From Candidatus Micrarchaeota archaeon (GTDB lineage Archaea > Micrarchaeota > Micrarchaeia > Norongarragalinales > UBA8480): a DNA stretch of 44,667 bases. The stretch is taken from assembly GCA_021812145.1 (NCBI GenBank), contig JAKAOM010000001.1, forward strand, positions 87,898 to 132,564, read 5' to 3'. The position numbers and the translations under genes are program-made. Shown piece after piece: positions 17,171 through 26,149 of the stretch (positions are counted from its first letter, which is position 1; every line of letters starts with the position of its first letter). The notes beneath the pieces were generated by a model. It saw only the letters and a program-made list of their open reading frames with translations. It searched no databases and was not told the DNA's origin.

Positions 17171-20100
17171 TTGAATTTGATTCTGGAGTTGCTTGCAATT
17201 GTAATAATCGCTTTGCTCGTTTCAGTTCCAGGAGTTATTTTCACATTCGCTTTGCTTAAAGGGGTTGATTTGAATCGCTTTGAAAAAACTCTTATTGGCA
17301 TTTTGCTTGGCTTGTTCATTCCTCCTTTGATGAGTTTTTTCGAATTCGTACTGTTTGGCTGGCTTTTCAACGCTTGGATTTTCATTTTAAACACAATTGT
17401 TTTTCTTGCTTTTTCTATCATTCTTTTTTACACTCAAAAAATAGGTTTCAGTTTTAATTTTGATTTAGGTTCTTTGAATTCCGAAGGCTTTGCTGATTTC
17501 CTTAAGAAGAACAAGGTTTGGGTTATTCTTGCTATTTTGATGATTGTAGGGTTTTACGCACGCTCTGCTTCTCCTTCAACTAATTTTTTCGAGTTTGACC
17601 CTTACTATTACATGAGGGTTACTGAACAGCTTGTTAATTTCGGGGTTCCATTGCTTCATAGTATGGACGTTTACTATCCTTTAGGTTCTAACTATAGAGA
17701 GTTTCCTTTGGTTTCATACATGACTGGAGGCTGGTTTTCGCTTTATTCTCTTTTCACCAACGCTGCTTTTAATCCAAATGTTTTTAACTTCAATTTTGGA
17801 TCTATTAATTTGAATAATTTGATTTTGATTTCCAATGTTTACCCTCCTTTGTTTGGAGCTTTGATGGCTTTCTTTGCTTTTCTTTTAGTGAAAGAGGAGT
17901 ATGGAAGCAGGGCGGGTTTGTTTGCGGCTGGAATAACCGCTTTCATGCCTCAGCTTATTGAAAAATTTGCTTTTGGCGAGGCTTTGCTTGAACCTATGGG
18001 AATTTTTATAGCGATAGCTCTTTTCGCCTTGTACGCGCTGGCTGTCAAACGCAAGAGTTTAAGGTTGGGTTTGATTGCGGCTTTTATGTTTTCAGCTACC
18101 CTTCTGGCTTCTGCAGAGTATGTTTGGCCTTTCATGGTTATTGCGGTTTACATGCTTATTCAGTCTTTTATTGATTTTTGGAACGGGGATTTGGATGACA
18201 GGATGGCTGCGATTAACATTTTGATGGGAGTTGGAGCTTTGATTGCCTACGCTGCAAGTTTTATTTATGGCATTCTAAGAGCGCCTTCTAATTCTATGGT
18301 CTTAACTTTTTTTGCAATCGCGCCTTCCCTGCTGTTTTTTGTAATTAATAAGTTGAAGCTTGCTGAAAACAAGGAGAGGAAGAAAATTGTTTTCGGCGCC
18401 ATAGCTGTTTTCGTTGTTTTGGTTATGTTTGTAACACCTATCGGATACAAGCTTTATGAGTATACTAATGGTCTTGCTGGTTTTGCTTCTAATTCTAATT
18501 TTGTCAGCAAGACTGTTGCTGAGCAGGCGCCGACAACTGCTGGTGTTTTTCCGTCTTCTATGGGCGTTATTGATCCTAATGTTGTTTTGCTTTTAGCTAC
18601 TATTGTTATGATTGTTTCGGCTTCTTTTGTGATTTACAAGAAAAACAAAAGAGAGGGTTTGGCTGCCGGAGTCATTGCTTTTGTTCTGCTTATTTTCCAT
18701 GATTATCTCGACCCAGTCGCTTCTTGGCTTTTCGCTAGCGGAACTTCCTCAAGCAGTCTCGTGCATTTCATGATTGAGAGTTCTATTTTCTGGTATATGG
18801 CCATATTGATTGTGTTGTTCATTCTTGTTCAGTTTTACGAGCCCAGCAAGCATAGGCTTCAACTGCTTTTTGTTGTTTCAATATTTCCAGTTGCGTATAT
18901 TGGTTTAAGTATTATGAAGTATTTGGTTCATTTGGGGGCTGTTTTGGCCGTTGCTGGAGGGGTTTTGTTCGGCGAGGTGGTGCAGACTATTGATGGTTTT
19001 GTTGATTATTTCAAGTGGGGGGTTGATTACAAAAAAATTGTTTTAAGTTTGATGACGGTTATTTCCGCTATTTTGGTTCTTTTGCTTGTAACCGGCGTTC
19101 CTTTGTCCTTTTATCCAGCTCCTTCTGTTGGATTTTTTGATTCTTGTGCTGGAGGCGCTACGAGCGTGATGTGTCAGCTTCAGGTTTCCCGCATTTCTCA
19201 GGATTGGCTTGACGCTATGAGTTGGATGAGCAATAATACAAACATGTTTAACGCTTCAATTCAGCAGAATTGCATTTCTACTTACGGTTACACTTGCAGG
19301 GTGATAAGTTGGTGGGATTATGGTCATTGGACTACTTTCTTAGGAAATACTCAGAGTGTGCTTGATCCTTTTAACCGTTATGAGTTCATGGATCAGGAGG
19401 TTGCTAACGATTTTGTTGGAAGCAATGAGAGCAATCTTGTTAATTCCATGCTTTATTTCCATGCTTCTCAAGTTGAGGTTGATTTTGAACTTATTCAAAA
19501 ATGGGGTGCGCTAGCATATCTTGCTGGGACTTGCACTTACAACAACACTGCTGCTGGAGGGGTGTCGTTGGGTTGTCCGGATCAGTTGAGGATAACTAAC
19601 TGGCAGGTTGGACCTGGGCAGAGTATTTGGGAGTTTCTTCATTATCCTGAATACTTGCAGGTGGTTGGCCAGTGTCCTTTATCCTCTTCAATGTATGCGG
19701 TTAAAAGCAATTTTGACAGTTCTTCCACTCCTTACGATTACTGCATGAGCCAGACTGAGTTGGTTCCTGTTGTTAACAATAATCTTAATCTTGCTGGGGC
19801 GAAGCCGCTTGTTCTTGTTAATTTGATGAGTCCTGTGACTAGTTTAAACAACAATACAGTCTATCTTCTTCCTGTTCAGCAGGGTGTTTTTGTTAACGCA
19901 AATCCTCAAATTCAGTCAAGTTACGGTTCGAACGAGTTTTTTAACTCTGTGTTTGCCAGGCTTTACTTTTTCTCCAATCTTCCAGGCTTTACTTTGTCCT
20001 ACGTTTCTCCTAATGGCGAGGTTAAAATTTTCTCGCTTAACTACACTGCCTATCTTAATTACCTTAATTCTGCTTCTTCGAATTCTTCTGTTGTAAATGC

Positions 20101-20197
20101 GCCTATGATCCCTGCTAACCTTTCGATTAATTCTTCTTTGAATTCGTCAGTTAATCCAGCTATAAATTCAACTTCCTCTAACTCGTCAAACTCCTGA
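17171..20197 (+). CDS. aglB: Oligosaccharyltransferase AglB (STT3 family)
   Basis: EFDPYYY, TVAE, SWWDYGHW, DK-like ELIQKW; many TM helices. Confidence 0.95.
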   Translation: MNLILELLAIVIIALLVSVPGVIFTFALLKGVDLNRFEKTLIGILLGLFIPPLMSFFEFVLFGWLFNAWIFILNTIVFLAFSIILFYTQKIGFSFNFDLGSLNSEGFADFLKKNKVWVILAILMIVGFYARSASPSTNFFEFDPYYYMRVTEQLVNFGVPLLHSMDVYYPLGSNYREFPLVSYMTGGWFSLYSLFTNAAFNPNVFNFNFGSINLNNLILISNVYPPLFGALMAFFAFLLVKEEYGSRAGLFAAGITAFMPQLIEKFAFGEALLEPMGIFIAIALFALYALAVKRKSLRLGLIAAFMFSATLLASAEYVWPFMVIAVYMLIQSFIDFWNGDLDDRMAAINILMGVGALIAYAASFIYGILRAPSNSMVLTFFAIAPSLLFFVINKLKLAENKERKKIVFGAIAVFVVLVMFVTPIGYKLYEYTNGLAGFASNSNFVSKTVAEQAPTTAGVFPSSMGVIDPNVVLLLATIVMIVSASFVIYKKNKREGLAAGVIAFVLLIFHDYLDPVASWLFASGTSSSSLVHFMIESSIFWYMAILIVLFILVQFYEPSKHRLQLLFVVSIFPVAYIGLSIMKYLVHLGAVLAVAGGVLFGEVVQTIDGFVDYFKWGVDYKKIVLSLMTVISAILVLLLVTGVPLSFYPAPSVGFFDSCAGGATSVMCQLQVSRISQDWLDAMSWMSNNTNMFNASIQQNCISTYGYTCRVISWWDYGHWTTFLGNTQSVLDPFNRYEFMDQEVANDFVGSNESNLVNSMLYFHASQVEVDFELIQKWGALAYLAGTCTYNNTAAGGVSLGCPDQLRITNWQVGPGQSIWEFLHYPEYLQVVGQCPLSSSMYAVKSNFDSSSTPYDYCMSQTELVPVVNNNLNLAGAKPLVLVNLMSPVTSLNNNTVYLLPVQQGVFVNANPQIQSSYGSNEFFNSVFARLYFFSNLPGFTLSYVSPNGEVKIFSLNYTAYLNYLNSASSNSSVVNAPMIPANLSINSSLNSSVNPAINSTSSNSSNS

Positions 20198-20207
20198 TTT
20201 TACGGTT

Positions 20208-20549
20208 TTATTTCCACCAAATTTTGTCCCCTTTTTTAATCCCGTATTTTTTTACGCTTCCCTGCGGTGCTTCTATTAGGTACAGGCTTGGTGGGGGAGT
20301 AACATTAAGCGTGAATGGTTTTACAGTTATTGCTTGAACAACCTTTTTTCCTTCGTCCAAAAATATTGCGTCGAATGTAACAAAGCAGAATAAAGAGTGG
20401 ATTGAATTTTCAAGGCTGGCTTTTTTGGAGAAAAAGAACAGCATGGGGTTTTCAAGTTTTTTCTTGAACATTATTCCCTTAAGCTTTTCATTGAAGCTTC
20501 TAGCTTCATCATGCTTCTTCCACAGTGTTTTTTTTCCAATTCCGATCAT
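20208..20549 (-). CDS. DUF192-family protein
   Basis: KLKGIMF, IHSLFC..FDAIFLD, YLIEAPQG, GIKKGD. Confidence 0.8.
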   Translation of the reverse strand: MIGIGKKTLWKKHDEARSFNEKLKGIMFKKKLENPMLFFFSKKASLENSIHSLFCFVTFDAIFLDEGKKVVQAITVKPFTLNVTPPPSLYLIEAPQGSVKKYGIKKGDKIWWK

Positions 20550-20640
20550 TTAAAATCATTTTTTTTAGTGTTTAGCAGAATATTTTAAAACATTTAGCTT
20601 TTTAATATTATTCGTTTTAAATTGTATTGGTGTTTGTGAC

Positions 20641-21333
20641 TTGCTTAATAGTGTTGGGATTATTCCAGATGGGAACAGGAGGTTCGCAAAAAAAGTCGGC
20701 ATTGACTTCAGCCGGGCTTATCTGAAGGGCTTTGAGAAGGTTCGCGACGTTGTGGAATGGGCTTCTGAGAAGAAGGTAAGGGAAGTTTACTTTTGGGCGT
20801 TGTCTTTTGAGAATTTTTCAAAGAGGTCCAAGGCTGAACTTTCTGTTTTGTTTGGGCTTATGAGAAAATACGTGGATACTGCTTTGAGCGAGAATACTTT
20901 TGTTGATTTGGATTGCAAGGTAAACTTCTTTGGAAATAGAAGTGTTTTGCCTCAATCTGTTTTGTCGAGAATACACGAAATCGAGGTTCAAACCGAAAAT
21001 TGTTCTTCCTATAAAATAGGTGTTGGGATTGCTTACAGCGGACGCGAGGAGATTCTGACCGCTTCAAAAAGAGTGGCGGAGGATGTTCTTGAAGGCAAGT
21101 TTAAAGTTGATGATATTGACGAGGGTTTGTTGTCGAAGTATTTGTACACCTCCTCTTCTCCCGATCTTGTTATTAGAACAGGAGGCGTTTCAAGGCTTAG
21201 CGGTTTCATGCCTTGGCAGGCGGTTTACAGCGAGCTTTACTTTTCAAGAAAGCTTTGGCCAGAATTTGAGAAGAGGGATTTTTTCAAGGCGGTTGATTTT
21301 TTCAATTCTACCGAGCGAAGGTTTGGCAAGTGA
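20641..21333 (+). CDS. uppS: cis-prenyltransferase (polyprenyl diphosphate synthase)
   Basis: IIPDGNRRFA, SFENF, YSGREEI, PDLVIRTGG..RLSGF.PWQ..YSEL. Confidence 0.95.
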   Translation: MLNSVGIIPDGNRRFAKKVGIDFSRAYLKGFEKVRDVVEWASEKKVREVYFWALSFENFSKRSKAELSVLFGLMRKYVDTALSENTFVDLDCKVNFFGNRSVLPQSVLSRIHEIEVQTENCSSYKIGVGIAYSGREEILTASKRVAEDVLEGKFKVDDIDEGLLSKYLYTSSSPDLVIRTGGVSRLSGFMPWQAVYSELYFSRKLWPEFEKRDFFKAVDFFNSTERRFGK

Positions 21334-21338
21334 TTTTT

Positions 21339-22370
21339 TTATTTAAAAATAAAATCCATGTCCCCTATTTTTTCAAGTATTTTGTTGAATCCTAAGTTTG
21401 AGCTAAGAATTGCCGCGTCTGTGAAATTGTTGTCCATTTTGTCAAGTATTTTTCTTACAAGCAGGTGCTTTTTTAGGGTTTTTTCTTTCATCCATTCCTT
21501 TTCATAATTTTCCAGCTTTTCAATAGCAGTTATAGCCCCCAGGCTTCCGAACACTATTCCTCCCCCAGTTGTTGGTTTGGTCTGCCCCGCCGCATCTCCA
21601 ATTAGTAGAATGTTGTTTTTTTGTATTCTTTCCCTTTCTTGCATCGGTATGAACGCGTGGAATTGTTTTTTGAGATTTTTGAATTTTTTGATTTCGCTTC
21701 TTTGCAGGAATTTTCCTTGAAGCTCTCTTATTTTTTTGATTTCGGTGGTTCCGAACCCTGTTTTTGTTTCACTTCCGGCAGGAACGATCCATCCAAAGAA
21801 TCCAGGGTAAGCTTCGCTGTCCAAGTAAACGTGCACCATTTTTTCATCGTTTCTGCCTTTAAATTCTGCTTCATAGCAGAGCACTTTTTCTTTTATCTCA
21901 GGAAATCCCGCTGTTTTTGCGGTGGTGGATGAAAATCCATCCGCTCCAACAAGCCAGTTGAATTCTATGGTTTGCCTGTTTGTTTGTATATTGGCTTCAT
22001 TTATTTTTTCAAGTTTTGTTCTAAGCTTTATTTTAGCCCCCTCCGCTTCAGCCTCTGCTATAGCCTCCTCATCAAGTTTTTGTCTGTCTAGAACCACCGC
22101 AACAGGGGTTTTTTTTACAACGCTGAAGTTGAAATGTTTTGAGTGTATCACCGCCCCGTAGATTTCGTTCATCACCGCATTTTCGTATTTCAAGCCTATT
22201 TTTTTCAATCCGCTTGTTGACACGAGCGCTGTGCATTTTCCTTGTTTTCCAACGTAGCTGTGTTCTTCTATTAGCGTTGTTTTGAAGCCTTTTTTTGCGC
22301 TTTCCCTGGCGGCAACTCCGCCTGTTATGCTTCCTCCTACTATAAGAATTTCACTTGATTTTGATTCCAT
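21339..22370 (-). CDS. Geranylgeranyl reductase family FAD oxidoreductase
   Basis: IVGGSITG, VGADG, PGFFGWIVP, IGDAAGQTKPTTGGGI. Confidence 0.88.
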   Translation of the reverse strand: MESKSSEILIVGGSITGGVAARESAKKGFKTTLIEEHSYVGKQGKCTALVSTSGLKKIGLKYENAVMNEIYGAVIHSKHFNFSVVKKTPVAVVLDRQKLDEEAIAEAEAEGAKIKLRTKLEKINEANIQTNRQTIEFNWLVGADGFSSTTAKTAGFPEIKEKVLCYEAEFKGRNDEKMVHVYLDSEAYPGFFGWIVPAGSETKTGFGTTEIKKIRELQGKFLQRSEIKKFKNLKKQFHAFIPMQERERIQKNNILLIGDAAGQTKPTTGGGIVFGSLGAITAIEKLENYEKEWMKEKTLKKHLLVRKILDKMDNNFTDAAILSSNLGFNKILEKIGDMDFIFK

Positions 22371-23757
22371 ATTCTGCTAGTTTTTGGTTGAATATTTTCA
22401 CTATTTTTTGTTTTTCGCCTTCTGTTTTCCCTTCAACTCTTACAACTATCATTGGCTGCGTGTTTGACGCTCTTATCAGCCCCCAACCGTTCTTGAATTC
22501 GACCCTTCCTCCGTCCAGCGTGATTACTTTGTATTTTTTCTTTAGTTCATTGACTGTTTTTTTGACTATTTCGAATTTTTGTTTTTCATTGCATTCTATT
22601 CTTAATTCTGGAGTTGAGTGGTATTTTGGAAGTTCCTGTGTTAGTTGAGAAAGTTTTTTGTTTGTTTTGCTCAGGATTTCAGCCAGCCTGCACGCTGCGT
22701 AGATTCCGTCGTCGAATCCGTAATACTTATCGTAGAAATAATAATGACCGCTTACCTCCCCTGCTATTACCGCATGCAGCTCCCTGCTTTTCTCTTCTGT
22801 AAGAGAATGCCCTGTTTTCCACATGAATGGTTTTCCCTTGCTTTTCTTCACAACTTCTCCCACCATTCTAGACGTTTTAACGTCAAAAACCACATATCCT
22901 TTTTTTTGTTTGAGCGCGTCTTCAGCGAACAAGGCCAGCAGTTCGTCTCCTCTCAGCAGTTTTCCCTTTTCGTCTACGCAGCCCATCCTGTCCGCGTCCA
23001 CGTCAAATCCAACGCCAGCGTCTGCCTTTGTTTCTATTACTTTTTTTGATAGGTCTTTCATGTTTTCTTCAACGCTTGGGTCTGGATGATGGTGCGGGTA
23101 GCGCCCGTCCGGATTGCAATACAGTTTAATAACGTTGCAGCCTATTTTTTCAAGTATTTTTGCAGCCACCCCCCCGACTCCGTTGCCAGCGTCAACTACT
23201 ATTTTTATTTTTTTTTCGGTTTTTTCGGTTTTTTCAATTCTTTGAACGTATTTTTCTAATATATTTTTCTTGGTTGTTTTTCCCTTTCCTTTTTTGAATT
23301 TCCCGTTTTCTATTATTTTTCTTATTTCCTGAACTTTCTTACCGTAGAGAGAGCTTGTTCCAACGCACATTTTGAATCCGTTGTTGTCCGCTGGATTGTG
23401 ACTCGCGGTTACCATCACCCCTGCCGTCTTTTGCAGATGAAGGGAGAAGTAGAATGCAGGGGTAGGGAGCGTGCCTATATCATCGACTTTGCAGCCGGTT
23501 GATACTATCCCTTTAATGAGCGCTTTTGAGAGCTTTGGAGTTGAGAGCCGGTTGTCTTTTCCGACGGTTATTTTTGAGTATCCTTTTTTTTGCGCGTAGG
23601 TTCCGAAAGCCTTCCCTACAAACTCGCTAATCTTTTCTGTTACTTCGCTTTCAGCCACTCCCCTTATATCGTATTCTTTGAATATGTCCTTGAATTCTTC
23701 AGATCCTATTTTTGGTTCAGCGTCTTCCGCGGCCTCTTCTTTGATTCTTGCTTTCAT
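22351..23757 (-). CDS. Phosphomannomutase/phosphoglucomutase
   Basis: IFKEYDIRG, TASHNP, DVDADR, GEVSGH, RASNTQP. Start codon uncertain. Confidence 0.94.
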   Translation of the reverse strand: MKARIKEEAAEDAEPKIGSEEFKDIFKEYDIRGVAESEVTEKISEFVGKAFGTYAQKKGYSKITVGKDNRLSTPKLSKALIKGIVSTGCKVDDIGTLPTPAFYFSLHLQKTAGVMVTASHNPADNNGFKMCVGTSSLYGKKVQEIRKIIENGKFKKGKGKTTKKNILEKYVQRIEKTEKTEKKIKIVVDAGNGVGGVAAKILEKIGCNVIKLYCNPDGRYPHHHPDPSVEENMKDLSKKVIETKADAGVGFDVDADRMGCVDEKGKLLRGDELLALFAEDALKQKKGYVVFDVKTSRMVGEVVKKSKGKPFMWKTGHSLTEEKSRELHAVIAGEVSGHYYFYDKYYGFDDGIYAACRLAEILSKTNKKLSQLTQELPKYHSTPELRIECNEKQKFEIVKKTVNELKKKYKVITLDGGRVEFKNGWGLIRASNTQPMIVVRVEGKTEGEKQKIVKIFNQKLAEYGIKIK

Positions 23758-23842
23758 TTTTCATCTTTTTTTTGAATTTTTTTCTCATTCTCCTCCAATT
23801 GAATCTTTTTCCCTTGCTTCGGGGGTTTTTCTTTTCCGCCAT
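23717..23842 (-). CDS. Putative small basic protein (41 aa), possibly eL41/eS32-like
   Basis: Manual translation MAEKKNPRSKGKRFNWRRMRKKFKKKMKNESKNQRRGRGRR with a GGTG SD-like motif upstream; absent from the ORF track, probably because it is too short. Confidence 0.35.
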   Translation of the reverse strand: MAEKKNPRSKGKRFNWRRMRKKFKKKMKNESKNQRRGRGRR

Positions 23843-23931
23843 TTTTTTCACAACACCTTTTTTTGAATTTTTTTTTAATTATTTGAGTTTCTTTAATCTT
23901 TTCGTGTTTTTATCGTTTTTGCCTTGGTTTT

Positions 23932-24633
23932 CTAGTCTTTAAGCGCCTCCCATAGTATTTCCTCCTTGTAGTTTACGCTTAAACCATTGTCGTTTATTGT
24001 TACCGGATGGATTGTTGTTGAATTGTTTGTGCCTCTCATCTTTCTTACGTATATAAAGTGGTGGGGAGGTATGAAGTACAGGTCTATAACCCCGTCCACT
24101 AGAAATTCCTCCACCCCGTATCTGGAAAGGTCGTTTTTTCTCCCGGTGGTCTCGCTTGTTAAAATAGTTGTGCAGTTTAATTTTCTCAATTCTTCAATCA
24201 GAACGTATATTGCGTATCTTATTTTTGCCGTGCTGTCAAGCCAGAATGAAAGGGCTGTGACCGAGTCTATAACCATTCTTTTAGCCCCCATTTCTCTGGC
24301 TTTTTCCACTATTCTTTTTGTTTCGGATTCCAGATTTTCTGAAAAGTCGGCGCTTGGCTCGAATTTTAGTATTTTCATTAGATTGTCCTTTTCCAGAGAA
24401 AGCAAATCCCATTTGAATCGTTGCATGTTCCACCATATGTTTTGCGGTCCTTCTTCAAGCGTTATGTAAATTCCCGGCTCGTTGTATATTTTTGCCCCGT
24501 TGTATAAGTATTCAAGCGATAGAATGCTTTTTCCTACTCCCGGCCCCCCGCTTGCAAGTATGCTTGACCCTTCAGGAAATCCTCCTTCTATAAGTTCGTC
24601 TAAGCCTGGAACTCCTGTTTTTACTCGGTTCAT
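23932..24633 (-). CDS. KaiC-like / RAD55-family ATPase
   Basis: RVKTGVPGLDELIEGG, Walker A GGPGVGKS, TLEE, VIDS, VEEFLVDGVI, VRKMRG. Confidence 0.9.
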   Translation of the reverse strand: MNRVKTGVPGLDELIEGGFPEGSSILASGGPGVGKSILSLEYLYNGAKIYNEPGIYITLEEGPQNIWWNMQRFKWDLLSLEKDNLMKILKFEPSADFSENLESETKRIVEKAREMGAKRMVIDSVTALSFWLDSTAKIRYAIYVLIEELRKLNCTTILTSETTGRKNDLSRYGVEEFLVDGVIDLYFIPPHHFIYVRKMRGTNNSTTIHPVTINDNGLSVNYKEEILWEALKD

Positions 24634-24788
24634 CCTATTTTTTTTGTCGGCTATGTTTTTTAAGCTTTGTTGATTCTTTTTTTATTCTGCCTTTCTTTTT
24701 TCAGTTCTTTTTTTACCCTATTAACCTTAATTTTTTTAAGAAAGATTTATTAATAATGTTAATTTAAAATGTTGCAAGTGGTGTTTTT

Positions 24789-25517
24789 ATGATAATTGAA
24801 ATTAAGGAAACGAAGAAGTTGGATTTTAAGAAGCCTGTTTTGATAGAAGGCTTTCCAGGGGTTGGAATGATTGGGACTATTTCAACGTTTTACCTTGTTG
24901 AAAAGCTGGGTTTGGAGTTGATAGGCGAGATTGTCAGCAGCCATTTTCCTCCCGTAACTTCCATTCATAATTTCAAGCCGTTGTCGCCTGCGAGAATATA
25001 TGGAAGCGCGGACAAGGATGTTATTGTTTTGTTTTCCGAGTTTGTCATACCTGCGGAGATAGTTTACTCATTGACAAACGCTATAATCGATTACGCGGAT
25101 TCAAAGAAAGTCAGGACCATCTACTCCTTTGCAGGCATTGGAGTTGAAAACCCACCTGATACGATATACGGGATTGCAAGCACTGACTCTATTGGAGAGG
25201 AGTTGAAGAAGAGCGGTGTTTCTTTGATAAAGGAAGGCGCGACTCAGGGAGTCAGTGGTGTGTTGATTTCCCAGTGCGCTTTAAGGAATTTTCCTGCGGC
25301 AAACCTGCTGATTCCAACGGACAAGCTTTTGGACCCGCGTTCCAGCGCTAGACTTTTGGATTCTGTAAAGAAAATGCTTGGTTTTGATCTTAACACTGAC
25401 GATCTTGTAAAGGAAGCTGATGAAGTTGAGAAGAAAATAAAGGGAACTTTCGACAAGATGAAAAGCATGAATCAGGATTACAAGAATTTTCAGGAGCAGC
25501 AGGCGATTTACGATTGA
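24789..25517 (+). CDS. Proteasome assembly chaperone (PAC2 family)
   Basis: LIEGFPGVGMIGTI, FPPV, GVSGVL, DPRSS, L.KEA. Confidence 0.88.
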   Translation: MIIEIKETKKLDFKKPVLIEGFPGVGMIGTISTFYLVEKLGLELIGEIVSSHFPPVTSIHNFKPLSPARIYGSADKDVIVLFSEFVIPAEIVYSLTNAIIDYADSKKVRTIYSFAGIGVENPPDTIYGIASTDSIGEELKKSGVSLIKEGATQGVSGVLISQCALRNFPAANLLIPTDKLLDPRSSARLLDSVKKMLGFDLNTDDLVKEADEVEKKIKGTFDKMKSMNQDYKNFQEQQAIYD

Positions 25518-25526
25518 TTTTTCAGT

Positions 25527-25654
25527 GCAGGGGTGGCAGAGTCTGGTCAAATGCGCAAGGCTTAGGCCTTTTTGGTGTTTTCAAAAAGTAGGAAACCTTG
25601 TACCTTAGCGGTTGCCTGGGTTCAAAACAATATGTGAAAATCCCAGCCCCTGCA
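25527..25654 (+). tRNA. tRNA-Leu(TAG) with two introns (37/38: 25567-25594; 59/60: 25627-25640)
   Basis: Acceptor GCAGGGG/CCCCTGC+A; spliced anticodon arm CAAGG-CTTAGGA-CCTTG; long variable arm; both introns form BHBs. Confidence 0.92.
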
Positions 25655-25706
25655 TTTTTTATGCTTTATAAAAAGTTTTTTAAACCTCGACGCCTTTTAT
25701 TTTTCA

Positions 25707-26030
25707 ATGAACCTTTCAACAGATTTTATTGACGTGGTTGAAGACCTGCTTATTGTCATTCTTTCAATCGTTTTTCTTTATCTATTGTATTTTAACTTAA
25801 AGGGAAAAAATCCTGCGCCCAAGGCTGCTGAGGAGGGAGGCCAGCGGCTTTTTGAGGTTGACATGGAAGAGGAAGGTTTGAAGGAAAGGAAGAAGGAAAT
25901 AGAGAAAAGCATTGAGATGAAGAAGAGGGATTACTTGCAGGGAAAAGTGGACAAAGACGAGTACAATCGTTTTTTGAGAAGGCAGCATGCTATTCTTGTT
26001 TCGGTTAATTCCAAGCTTAGAAAAAGCTGA
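25707..26030 (+). CDS. Hypothetical membrane-anchored protein with coiled-coil/SHOCT-like C-terminus
   Basis: N-terminal TM helix, then charged helices ending in YLQGKVDKDEY. Confidence 0.6.
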   Translation: MNLSTDFIDVVEDLLIVILSIVFLYLLYFNLKGKNPAPKAAEEGGQRLFEVDMEEEGLKERKKEIEKSIEMKKRDYLQGKVDKDEYNRFLRRQHAILVSVNSKLRKS

Positions 26031-26149
26031 TTTTTCTATACTTTGTAGGCAACTGCCGCAAATTGAGTTTGCTTGAGCTTTGATAGGTAGTTTAAGATTG
26101 AATATTGTTTTGTGAATAGTTTTTTAAATAAGATTAGCTTTAATTTTTA

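Noticed and set aside
5922-24633. Circadian clock from the KaiC-like genes
   Set aside because: They are single-domain ATPases common in archaea; no kaiA or kaiB is seen.
22-25550. Many short F/L/S-rich ORFs opposite real genes
   Set aside because: Antisense shadows of K/E-rich genes with no recognisable motifs.
26051-26092. Possible small structured RNA (AACTGCC/GGTAGTT enclosing GCAAA/TTTGC)
   Set aside because: Short stems are compatible with chance and match no family I recognise.
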